A DNA stretch of 64,000 nt, from positions 62,001 to 126,000 of the forward strand of contig NMRA01000042.1 of the NCBI GenBank assembly GCA_002633005.1, given 5' to 3'. Position 1 is the first letter of the stretch, and the number at the start of each line of letters is the position of its first letter. Made by a program: the position numbers and the translations under genes. A model generated the notes under the pieces. That model was not told the DNA's origin and did no database searches. It worked only from the letters and a program-made list of their open reading frames with translations. Shown here one piece after another: positions 52,200 through 63,150 of this stretch. The stretch is from Phoronis australis (lineage: Eukaryota; Animalia; Phoronida).

Positions 52200-53970
52200 C
52201 TGAAGAATAAAATTGGGCGAGTGTTTAGGAACAGGAAGCACGAGGCAGAGGGAGTGAGTGCCCCGTTCTTGAACTCACTGTGGATCCTACCACTACCAAG
52301 TCGTTGCCTGCAGTCCATGAATCCGTCAACTGCCGGGTGATTAGTTTTGTAATGTTCTCTGGTCGATTAATGACTACTTCTGTGGTTCCAAGAAATATTT
52401 GCAAAATAAGCCACGGGTCGCTGCCTTATATAATCAAATGTGAAACCAAAATCTTGTCGGCACGTACTGTAGCCTGTGGTATCGTCAGCTCTGAAATTTC
52501 TTAAATTCTCATTTCCTCGAACGTAATTTGTTACTCTACAGTGTACGTGTAATTGACTATTCAGGTGGTCCTTGATCTGTTTTTAGCAACACAAGAAAAT
52601 ACAATTTAAACAATAAGCATAACGTCGAGACAAAACAACAAATAACGGCGAATAACGACGTCTTGGATATTCACCGGATACCTGCAGAAGGTATCTCGCA
52701 GCTATTAGTAACTTGAAAGAACACACGTGTTTGGGTGTTGGTTGTAGCTACTTGAAATACTGAACTGAAGATGGCCCGCTGTGACGTGGACGGAAGTCAG
52801 ACAATGGCTTTAACTGTACGTTACGTTTGGAAAATTATGATATCAGTAAGGTGCTGATTTTAGCATATTGTAGAAACAACGTAAGTAGACTTTAAAAGCG
52901 TTGAGTATTCGTTTTGCTGTATGATGTCAATATCGATCCCTGACTTTTGTCTTTGAGACCTACAAAAGTGAAGAATTTGTGATTCCCCAGTGATGTTCCT
53001 GAAATTGAACCAGTTCGTCGATACGTTCCTCGTTTTCTTTCGAACATGCAGTCTTCGGTCTCCCAAGCCTCGGACCCTGTGTATTTTAGCAGTAAGCCTA
53101 TTTACTGTGGCACGACTCCACCCTTATGTGAGAACTCCCTTAAGAACCTTCTACCGCTTCATCCTTTCTCCTTGAAATATGTTTCAATAGTAAATTTATC
53201 ACTTTCACTCAAAGGCATCATTAAAAACTGATTTGAATACATATCTGACTATACAAAACAACAGACTTGAGACCCAGGCAGATAATTTTTTGAAAGACAG
53301 ATGCAAGCACAACATGAACATGATGACAGTCTCAGTGATATTTCATTTTCACCCTGCCGTATTGAATTTCACAGTACGTCTGTAATTTTTATATTTCTCT
53401 GACATACTTTGTAGACATGTTGATGACACCCTTCAGATACATTGCTAAAAAATTGAACGAATTCGGTTGATCCGTTACTGAGTTTTGGCAAAAAGTGACT
53501 CGCCTTTTACAGTATATAGCTGTAACGCTTGAAAACTTTTGTCGAGTTTTCCTTATTTTCGAATGAAAACAAAATATTTAGGCTATCTCAGATTTAGTAT
53601 ATACTGTATATATAACGTTGTAAGGAAAATATCGAATGTCGATTTTTGTATCGAATGAGCGTGCAACGATTGTCTTGATTGGAGCACAGTGGTTACGACA
53701 GTGTACATTGTAGTCACGTGCGTTAATCGTCTCTCCACTGCAAGGGTTTCTGCAAAAGGAAGTTGCGGAGAGTTGGAGTCAGCAGTGCAAACAAACCAGT
53801 AAGTGTTAGGAATAAATGTGGACAGGCTTAATTGAAGGCCAGAGCAGCAACGCTCGTCGCTCGACTGAGAGACAAATCTGCGACGGATTGTCTACACTTG
53901 GCGACGCGTTGTCCCTCGACGCCCCGTTCGCGCAAATTGCTGAGTGTGGAGAGGTCTAAACATCAGGCGT

Positions 53971-54104
53971 GCGTTCAGTAACGCTAGGACCTACGCTATG
54001 ACCTAGCTAAAAGTTATCCAAAGTCACGTGTTCTTATTTGAAATACACGGCAATACACGTAATTTCGTCTTGCTTTTTAGCGAGGTCCTAGCGTTACTGA
54101 ACGC
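53971..54104. repeat. Hairpin MITE with perfect 22-bp inverted arms
   Basis: gcgttcagtaacgctaggacct (53971-92) / aggtcctagcgttactgaacgc (54083-104). Confidence 0.8.
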
Positions 54105-54792
54105 GAGCCAGTACTCGTTCCTAAGAGTGGGTTCAAAATCTTCTGATCCGCTTTGCATGAAAGAATTAATCAATTATGGTTTGAGACTTCGTAAACTATC
54201 AGGATTCCGTTTCACACGCATGAACATTTACACTGACGAGTGCAACCGCAATATGACCATCCGGGATTACACAGCGACACTCGAATTCCGTTGTATTTAC
54301 TCAAAACCCTGTAGTATTCGTAAACCATTTGTCTAGCCTCGTAATCTCTACAAGTCTTTTTAACGGTTGCTTTACTCTATTCATTCCAATATCAACGAAT
54401 AATATTACTGGGGTGCAACTCCGACGGAAGCAAGTCAGATCATAATGCGGATGCCTGATATGAGTTCTTCACCTTCCCGACATCAATCAAAAACAAAGAA
54501 TGCGAAGTCATTGGATAAAACCATGTCGTCTAGTTAATTTGGAACCGAACAGAATCCCCTTCTGGAAGATACATTGTACCGTTTCAATACCGGTACTTTT
54601 AAAGGGTAGAAATCGAGGCCATAACTTGAGGGTTTCGACATGACCCATGAAATTGTCCCTGACATTCAAAAGTTGGGCACGCGCTTTCTTACCAGTCCGC
54701 TACGAAGGAGAGTTCTACTAGTGTGTAATTTGGAACGGCCTTATTGGTACATGTACCAGTGTTAAGAAGATTGAAACTACTTAATTACTCAC

Positions 54793-54938
54793 GTGGTGTC
54801 ATCACGGCAATTGACTTTGTGCATTTTCGGCTCACGAGTAGGTGCTCTCTCCACAATTTGACACCTAAGGGTGTCCACGTAGTCGTCACCAGATCCGGAG
54901 TCAGAGTCGTAGACAGTTACTTTAATAGACACAATGAC
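54793..54938 (-). CDS. DSL-EGF gene exon: MNNL/C2 domain C-terminal part (VIVSIKVTVYDSDSGSGDDYVDTLRCQIVERAPTREPKMHKVNCRDDT)
   Basis: Acceptor ttttccctctcag| and donor ac|gtgagt, phase 0-2, in frame with the DSL exon. C2-like V.V.D.D....DD.VD acidic loop. Confidence 0.88.
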
Positions 54939-55529
54939 CTGAGAGGGAAAACAGAAGCAGGTATGATGTTGGTCTTACATGTGCAAGTTCCACTCGATAT
55001 TCGTTTTGAAGCAGTGTCAACACTGAACTACATGTAGCTATCCGAAATCCTTCAATCTGAAACCTCGTTCTAGAATGTGCATGTACCATGACACTGTGAG
55101 TGAGATGTTAGTTCTAGTAAGAACCCCGGTTCGACCTCTGACCCTATCAGGTAATTGGTACAGTACGTAATCATTGAACTGGAATTGTGTTGGCCACTGT
55201 GCTGGTTTTATTCAATAAACAAGATGGCTTTGCTGACGGTTGTGTTTCTCTGAATCTCTATTCTTTGTTCACGAAGGGAAGCCGTGCCAAAGCTAATTGA
55301 CCTATCGTAAGCTCCACCCCCTTGCGTAATGTCGATTAACAATCAATAAGTTTTACCCGGCAATGTGTTGTTTGTCGGGTAAAATGGCGGCTAGGAAACG
55401 AAGGTGTGTCAATAATGCTGCGTTCTAAATGGTCAGTTAAGCCGTCACTCAAAATCCTGGCAATAGGTCAATTGGCAATTTGAACATAGAACATTTGCGA
55501 CTAAATTGGTCATTATTCAGTCGCTTACT

Positions 55530-55602
55530 CATGGGCGGCGCACCATAGGGGGCTGGGGGGAGGGGCTATGGCCCCCATCTTTTCAGTGCTGCACCGCCCA
55601 CG
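55530..55602. mobile_element. Short GC-rich MITE, near 5-bp TSD (TTACT/TAACT)
   Basis: catgggcggcgcacca ... tgctgcaccgcccacg inverted termini. Confidence 0.6.
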
Positions 55603-56400
55603 TAACTAGAGACAAATAAAAACAGATTTCGACAGGCCAAATTGAGCGCCAGCATTTTGACGGTCGCCTTCACTTGTGTCTGTCCTCACTTTAAAACTAA
55701 GAGTGCCAGTTCAGTAAACTGACAGGCCGTGTTTAAAGCGATGTTCATCACAGTCTCAACTATTGTTCATTCTGCTAACTTATTTCTTTTTCAATTTGCA
55801 AAACAAAAATAGGAATTCCAATTTATGTTCAATATCCCATGTCCAATATGATGAAAGATGCTTGTGTGCGTGTGTATGTGTGTGAGTCCGATTTTTGTTC
55901 AAAATACTCAGGTAAGACGTACATGTACATTAACTGTGCTCCCTGCGCCAGTCAGTATCGAAAGTTTGAACAAAATGGAGTCATAATTCATTGAATGAAC
56001 CATTCGTACAAGTTCGCGATGTTCATGTTGCCCCTACAAATTCAGATGTCGCAGAAGATTGGTTACGCAAGTTGAAATATCGCGTCATCACTTCCTGCAG
56101 CTTTGACGAACACGTGATTGTCGGCTTCGTCAGCAAAATACAGGCTGCTGTAATCTAAGTTTTGATTCATTGGTCAGTTTACATGTAGGTACACTTTCAT
56201 GTCTTAAAGACTGTTTAAGTAAGGCTGTTTTAGCCTTTGAAGTATTATCTCTGTGAATTATTGATATGGAATGTACACACGTTTTGAAAATTTTGAGACT
56301 GCCACCGTCTGGAGTCTTCAATAATGCCAGTCCTCCGAATGATTCAGGGTGAATTTGAAAAATGGCTGACACACCGCCACCTTGGACCGATATCGCCCAA

Positions 56401-57053
56401 GAACAAAAGACCTCAGGTTATTGACGGAGTAAACTAAGTAAGTAAATGTCATGTCAATCGGGTGAAAAATTCGATCTCTGGCAAAAAATGATTGGCTAAC
56501 AAAGCACAGTTATCACTAACTAGTATACAAAAGAGCAGTCATCTAAGCAGTAAATCTCAAATATCGCAAGAACGGCGGGTCGTTGTAAGTAACGGGTTTC
56601 ACATTGCCGTTAGCTCTTACATGTATATGATCTATCCACATATCAAATTTCAAACAGATCCTTAGAGGTACGCAGATTGTACAAAAGTCGATTATTTGGA
56701 GACTAAGTCCTCGGAAAATCTCGAATAACTCGAAAACGGTAAGACTGGGAGAAAAACAAATGAAACGCTCAAGAAAAGTCTATCCACAGAAAAAAATCAG
56801 AACAATACCACCGTAAGCAGCGGAGCTATGACTCCACAACAAAAGAAGAAAAAAATTACCGCCACAGCTGCATGTTGTTTCCGATTTTAATCAATTAACA
56901 ATAGGCTTCGAGCCATTCACTCATGGCGTGTATAAATATCCCGTTGATCCGAGAACAATTGCGATCTGTAGCTTGCAGACAAAGAAACAAACAAAAAACC
57001 CAAAAATTGTGGCAATGCAACATACTCGGAGAAATTTCATTTGCTAAGTGATA
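56401..57053 (+). mobile_element. Possible Helentron-associated (HINE/DINE-like) element
   Basis: Starts gaacaaaagacc and ends with an (acaa)n-like tract, a short hairpin catactcggagaaatttcatttgctaagtg, and ataa. Recognised by architecture only. Confidence 0.3.
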
Positions 57054-57114
57054 AATAAGATTCAAGGTATTCTATTGTCAACTCTACAAATAACCTTATT
57101 TCCCGTTTACTCAC

Positions 57115-57226
57115 TGGCCAGCTTCTCATTTCGTAAGTCAGTGTGTGGTCGTCCAAGGCGTGACTATTTCTGTTGTTGTAGAATACTTTGGTTTTTAGAT
57201 AAGCAATGTCACAACTTTCTGAGCCT
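57115..57226 (-). CDS. DSL-EGF gene exon: MNNL/C2 middle (GSESCDIAYLKTKVFYNNRNSHALDDHTLTYEMRSWP)
   Basis: Acceptor cattttcattacag| and donor cca|gtgagt, phase 2-0. C..xxxT.V...WP pattern of the Notch-ligand N-terminal domain. Confidence 0.87.
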
Positions 57227-57507
57227 CTGTAATGAAAATGTGTGCGTAAGAGTGTCGTTTTCTGCCTTTTTCTCGTTTCCTGGAACTGGAAACCAAAGTT
57301 GCGATACGCAATGCTTCCAAACATTGTTAGGGTCACCTCAGACGAACAGACACATGTGCAAGCTGAACTGTCTGCCTCAAGTGAACGAAATCAGAGGTCA
57401 CAGCTCACGCCAAGGAAAGAAAATAACAATTGAATGAATTAGCTTCTAGTTCTTTGGAATGTTCCTGCTTTGACGTCAACTGTCGACTCCCGATATTGAT
57501 CACTTAC

Positions 57508-57567
57508 ATGTATGTCCGTCTGCGGGGACGCCAAGGTCTCACTCTTCTTATCTTGGGTACATTACTC
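57508..57567 (-). CDS. DSL-EGF gene: candidate 60-bp symmetric polybasic exon (SNVPKIRRVRPWRPRRRTY)
   Basis: Acceptor gtttttttag| and donor at|gtaagt, phase 2-2, open in the required frame. The gene stays in frame with or without it. Confidence 0.55.
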
Positions 57568-58181
57568 CTAAAAAAAACTTGGAGCTGTTTCTGGGATTTT
57601 ACCTATAAAAAATAACCAAACCACGAACAGCACAAACCCCAAAATTCTTATGATCGAATGAAACGTCTGGTCTTCCATGAAGTTCATTTTCCACAGCTAC
57701 TGTCTTCTCCCCAACAAGTGACATGATCGTGTTTCATTCTCATTTTTTTCTAAGCGAAACTCGATTCGTTGATAACTATGCATTAATAACGTTTTTCTCG
57801 CGTTGTTTTTGTTTATTCTCAGCCCACGCCGCACTCATTTGAGGTTTATGTCCAAAATTGACAGTCCTACTTCACAACATGCATTTGAATTCACTGGAAA
57901 AGCTTTACGGATGCAGTCTGATAGACATGAAAAATCAGAAGCGTTTAGTTACATAAATTATCTCTGCGGCTTCCACGGAGAGCAGATATTTCTTACAAGA
58001 ATGAGATAAGATTGGAAATTTAAAGAAATGTTACTCTTGGAGCTTTACTTTTTGTGATACTTTATATTTGTCGAGCCAGTGCGACAATTGTCAAAACACC
58101 TTCCTTTACAATTCACTAGTACACCTGTTCATTTCAAACTGATTTCATGTTCAGTTGAGAAAGATCAGAAATCATACTTAC

Positions 58182-58306
58182 TGCTTGGAAGACATGCATA
58201 ACTTGAAATAATGGTCGCACTGGCCGCCGAACCATGCATCACACCCTCCTTTAGAGTTTGTGTAATGCTTCAATACCAATGTCAGATTAGCAGATGCGTC
58301 GACAGC
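58182..58306 (-). CDS. DSL-EGF gene exon: MNNL N-terminus (AVDASANLTLVLKHYTNSKGGCDAWFGGQCDHYFKLCMSSK)
   Basis: Acceptor tacttcacag| and donor ca|gtaagt. It matches the L.L..(F/Y).N..G...C....CD.YF..C start of MNNL domains. The signal-peptide exon was not located. Confidence 0.87.
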
Positions 58307-59366
58307 CTGTGAAGTACCGTTATAGGAGTGTAAATTTAAATTGTGTCAAGTTTTTCTTTTGAGCACCAAGTGACTTTACCTAATGTGAAGTCATTTCTAG
58401 TTAACTCATAATCATGTTAAACCATTTATTAAATATTGAACAGTGTGCCAAGTTCGGAAAAGTGTTACGATAGAAAGTCGCTACCTGGAGAAGGTTACTG
58501 TACATGTTCATGTACAACTCCACCTTTGGTATTACATGTCTGTTTTGGTTGCTGGGTTTGCACTTGACTATGAAATCTTTAGCATTAGCACTTCAGTGCT
58601 ATTCACCTTAAATCAATTGCGAGAGTTTTGCCACCAGTCACGTAAAGCCGTATGGGTATTATTTTGGCGTATCTGGCAGACTGTCATGTTTTCCGCATGG
58701 ATGAGTGGGCGCAGGTTGTTACCGAGGGGGGCTAATAGCTTTCGGTGCGACGATAGACTAAAGATTGGTTCGAGTTATAATCACTTTACTAATCTCGACT
58801 GAAAGTTCCCAAGTCTCACTAAACAAAACGTTCGACATAATGTCTATACTATGCTCCAGCCAGTGCTGCGAGGCCTTGGCTTATGATGAACTTATGAGAC
58901 ATTTATAACAACTGTTACAGGCATTGACTCAATAACCTGTTGTCTTTATAGTTGGATGTCTATTGGCTAACGCTGTAACTGCTGATTGTCTTCACTGCAA
59001 TTCAACTGTAACTTTAACTGACTTTAATTGACTTTCAACTCCAACTTCAACTGAGTTCAACTAACCCGTGCCTGGGTATTCACATGTGGAACTGCTCACC
59101 AACTCCAAAACATTCAATCTCGCTCCAGAATCTACCCAATCATTGTACAATCATACATGTACACCAAGCCTCTAGAATATTCCAGGCTATTATTAAACAC
59201 GTTACCCATGCCGAATGATTGAATTGAGGTCGCAAGGTATTGTTTAACTTGCTTAATTCATGCGGAAGGCGTAAGAACGTCGCACGATTATCGCCTATAG
59301 GACATTACCATTGTTTTCTTTTTTGCGTCTTTGTTTGATATAACAATGCAGGTGGCATGGATATCG

Positions 59367-59511
59367 CAGGGTCNNNNNNNNNNNNNNNNNNNNNNNNNNN
59401 NNNNNNNNNNNNNNNNNNNNNNNNNNNNNNNNNNNNNNNNNNNNNNNNATAGAATCTGGGAGAATTTTAGGGGGGCCATGGCCCCCTTGGCCCCCTCTTA
59501 ATCTGTCACTG
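59367..59511. mobile_element. GC-rich MITE spanning gap, near 5-bp TSD (TATCG/TATAG)
   Basis: cagggtc... / ...ggggccatggcccccttggccccctcttaatctgtcactg. The right end is the reverse complement of the left end of the 24047 element. Confidence 0.55.
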
Positions 59512-60200
59512 TATAGTATCGCACATCAGCTGGTTTCCGATAAATGCTTGCCATTATGGAACTTTTCACCAATTCAAGGACATTCCAAATCGTTCCAGAA
59601 CCTACCCAGTCATTTTAAAGACATACACTGAGTCTCTAGAATGTTCCGGACTATAATATTTCAGAATCTTCTAGAATGTTCCGTACTCTTCTATTGTGAA
59701 CAAATTATCATTGACCTGACCTCATGGGTCACGTCAATCAAATACTACCTGCTAGCACACGAACAGAACAATAAAATAAAACTATTGAACTGAAACTAGT
59801 GACAGTCTACTTCTGACAGACGATGTTAAACTTTCTGGATGTTCTCGGGCTCAAATTATCTCTTCGAAATCGAGGTGGCTGCAGACAAAAGTAAAACTTA
59901 GCTGGAGGTCGGAGTTCGAAGCGCCAAGAGTTCATAATGAACTCCCTCAACGCGGGCCGGGCAATAGTCCGAAGGGTAGACAGTAGGCCTACGAAGGACT
60001 AAAAGCTGAAAGGCCGATATTCCTAAAAGTGGCGACTCTTTGGCCTACTACTTTCACACCTTCAAGAATTTCTTGATTGGAGGTTGTAGCTTGTTACAAA
60101 GGCGAGAGTCACTGAAGTGCCGAAAATGAATTGAAAGTGTGTTCGGAAGAAACTACGATTTCTAATGTCACCATTTCTTAAGAAATTCAATGATCGATGA

Positions 60201-60201
<1 letters not shown>

Positions 60202-60233
<32 letters not shown>

Positions 60234-60374
60234 TTATTACGTGGCGAAGTCGTTATCCCCCGTATTCTAGAGCCCGAGTGGATTTTGGGGAATTATCGCC
60301 CGACGGTGGTAATTCTCCAAAATCCACGAGGGCTCTAGATAAGGGGGATAACGACTGAGAACATGTAATAATCT
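60202..60374. repeat. (TA)n microsatellite followed by ~144-bp imperfect palindrome
   Basis: agattattac..gtcgttatcccc..tctagagccc..gtggattttgg mirrored by ccaaaatccac..gggctctaga..ggggataacgac..gtaataatct. Confidence 0.85.
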
Positions 60375-60753
60375 ATTTATACCACATACTGAACGAGAAA
60401 CATTGCAATGAATCAATCTACCTTTCTCGACTCGCTTCGGCTTTATAACTACTTTCTACATGTATGTCAGAGACCCGGGGTCCGAGGTCGTGATCTTTTC
60501 AGAAAAGCCGAGCTATTTTTGTCAAAGAATGCTGTTACTCAAAACCAATTGAAAATTTAAACAAAATAGAAATAAAGTGAATCTATGAATTGAGGTTTAG
60601 CAACTGTTATGGCTTACTACACATTTTATCACGCCAAGCTGCCACCGGGAAAATATCGTCTGCTAAACTAGGTTACCACTGGTAACTGAGTACATGTATA
60701 GACCTAATTCACGCGGCGGACATTAAAATCCAAAGCGAGGCTCACTGCGCTAA

Positions 60754-61418
60754 GGAGGCACAGAACAGTTCTCACAGGGGTTTGCCTGTCAGAACACACG
60801 TCAATGCACTCCTCACCCTTTCTTCACTTTGTCAAAAACAGCATGCGAATACATGTAAGGAAATGTTTTGAGTCATTTCACATCACAAGCCCTACAGATG
60901 AGCACAGAAACTTTATTCTCTCTTGTATTTTTGACCCATTCACTCCCAGTGGAAACCAAGCTGAACTAAGAAAAATGAGGGCAAAAAAATGCAAAATCGG
61001 CACTTTTCACCCCAAAATCACCACTTTCCTGCCGATGCTCGACTAAAGCCAACATTACATTCCGAAAGCAAATTTCCTACCAATTCCAAAAATGTGGTCC
61101 AAAAGTACTGTCAACCAACTAGTTTTTTAGGAAATCTGGCTTGTTTGAGGGCTACCTGAAATCGCGGCCAATTTCTCAGTTGCTACACAGCAATGCACAA
61201 CTGCAACAGGGGGCCACCATCTTGAAAAAGAGTGCAGCTACAGCCGAGAAACTGGCCTTTCTTCATTCTCAGCATGTTCACAAATACAAAAAAACACATT
61301 CACTTGGCCTACACATAATACCTAACTAAAAATGCCCCCAAGCCTGGCCTAGCCCTAGATTTTAACATTTTGGGAGTGCAAATTGGCCGCGGCCACAGCC
61401 TAACTATTCTGTGCCACC
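60754..61418. mobile_element. Kolobok/TTAA-type MITE, copy 2 (inverted relative to 24703-25363)
   Basis: Near-identical reverse complement of 24703-25363, with degenerate flanks CTAA/AAAA. Confidence 0.85.
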
Positions 61419-62152
61419 AAAACATAGCGGAAGTTGACATTGCGTAAGTTAAATAGCCGGTCTTTCGAGTCCAACCTGGATATCAAATTTTGATAACGTG
61501 TCGACAATTAACCACAGAGACGTAGAAATTACATTAGAGAACAAGTTAAAGCGCCAAAGAGTTGTCTGACGAAAGGGTTTAATTTTTTTCGGAAAACTAG
61601 GTTCGAAACATGAAAAGTAAATATGACCAAATTGCGGCGATCGTAGTGTTACGGAATAGTTATTATGCTGAATGCAGGGTTACGTTTTTTCTTGTAAATT
61701 GTAGATGAAAATACTATCTACACGAACCAGGTCATCTGCTCGTATTGTTGACGAGTTTAAGACATATTCGACAGTGGTGGCTGTCATGTGCAATTAGTCT
61801 AATCTGGTTTAATTTGTTGATCACGAATATTAACATCAAGCATAGCCTGATCCTGGTGAGGTAGGCACTCACTGGGATTAACAGTTGATTTGTCATTGAT
61901 CTGAAAGAATAATTGATGTTATTAAATATATTTTTTATTAAAATAAAAAACCAGGCTCGTAATTGAAAATAAAAATTATTTGACCATCAATTCTACTTTC
62001 TTGGTTTTAGTAGTTCTTACGTCTATTTCATGTGTTAGGTTGAAACTATTAATCTAGACGAAATTGAATTTTAAAATCAAAACACCTAATTCGTTCGTGC
62101 AAAACTCAATTTCAGTTAACTGGACAAAGCAATCATAGTTATAATGTTTCTC

Positions 62153-62481
62153 CAGGAGCCTCGTTAATTCGAGGGGAAAGGTGCCAGTGCCTTCTGAGAG
62201 GGTATTTTTTCGCCGAGTGAGGGGAACAATCTACCTCCCGATCACCATCAATAGCACCCCAGCCCTGTTGCAAGCTCTCATAGGCTCTGTCTCAATTTAA
62301 AATAGTCTTTTGTGCTCTTAAAATTGCCACCTGTGTGGTTACAGGTGATGTGAACTCAGAGAGAATTTTCACTAGAGGATTTTTTTGCCTCGAGGGGGGA
62401 ATTTCGCGTGATTTATCAATATTTTTGATAGGGGAATAGGGCCGATATTGGGCCCCAAAAATCGAGGAATTGAGGGCCCTG
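62153..62481. mobile_element. hAT-like MITE (CAGG...CCTG termini)
   Basis: caggagcctcgttaattcgagggg / ccccaaaaatcgaggaattgagggccctg. No clear TSD. Confidence 0.4.
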
Positions 62482-63083
62482 TCATTTTTAGAAAGAAAAA
62501 TTATAATGTTTCAACCTTTAGTCATGAAAACACAGCCTGGCTGGCTCATTCTCCGGTCGTTACTATGATGCTTGGCAACGGAGATGCGAAAACTATGATC
62601 TAACTTTTCAAAAACATTTATCAATTTTACACGGACATATTTTGGTTCGTCGTGGCGTATGGCAACGACCCAACGCTTCCGAATCTCAACGTCTTTAGGG
62701 ACTGTAAAGCAGACAGTTGAGTGTCCGTATTTTTTCTAGCCGTTCGCGGAGAAACGCGGACTGAAATACAACTATGCTGATAAGCTAACAGAGCTATCGT
62801 AGCGAGCCTCGTTTTGGAACGCGCCTCCTGTCGGTGTGAATTAAGTCTATATGCTCAAGTCAAAGGATCCCGACGACACGATACCCGCATTCAATTTGGA
62901 GATCGGTGATTTTCAAGTGAGAGAACATGACAGAAAAAACTCACTGAATTAAAACATCGTTCTTATGGAAACTATGCGTCTTATTTTTCATATCGAATGA
63001 ATGTCGGTACAATGCCCTTTGCTGAACATGCGATTGTTGCGCATGCTCATTTAAGTATTCTATTTTCACGTTCGATGACGTCA

Positions 63084-63150
63084 GCCGCTGAGTGGTGTAG
63101 TGGTAAAGTCGGCGAGCCGAAACTATTGAGGCCCGGGTTCGAAACCGGCC
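63084..63150 (+). mobile_element. tRNA-derived SINE-like head
   Basis: A box tggtgtagtgg and B box ggttcgaaacc with T-arm-like stem gcccgggttcgaaaccggc. The acceptor stem does not pair. Confidence 0.5.

Noticed and set aside
61873-61900. 28-bp minus-strand segment with good splice sites (MTNQLLIP|gtgagt) as first coding exon of the DSL gene
   Set aside because: It is phase-compatible but too short and not clearly a signal peptide, so it cannot be supported without transcripts.
63084-63150. Functional tRNA gene
   Set aside because: A and B boxes are present, but the acceptor and anticodon stems do not form; treated as SINE-like.
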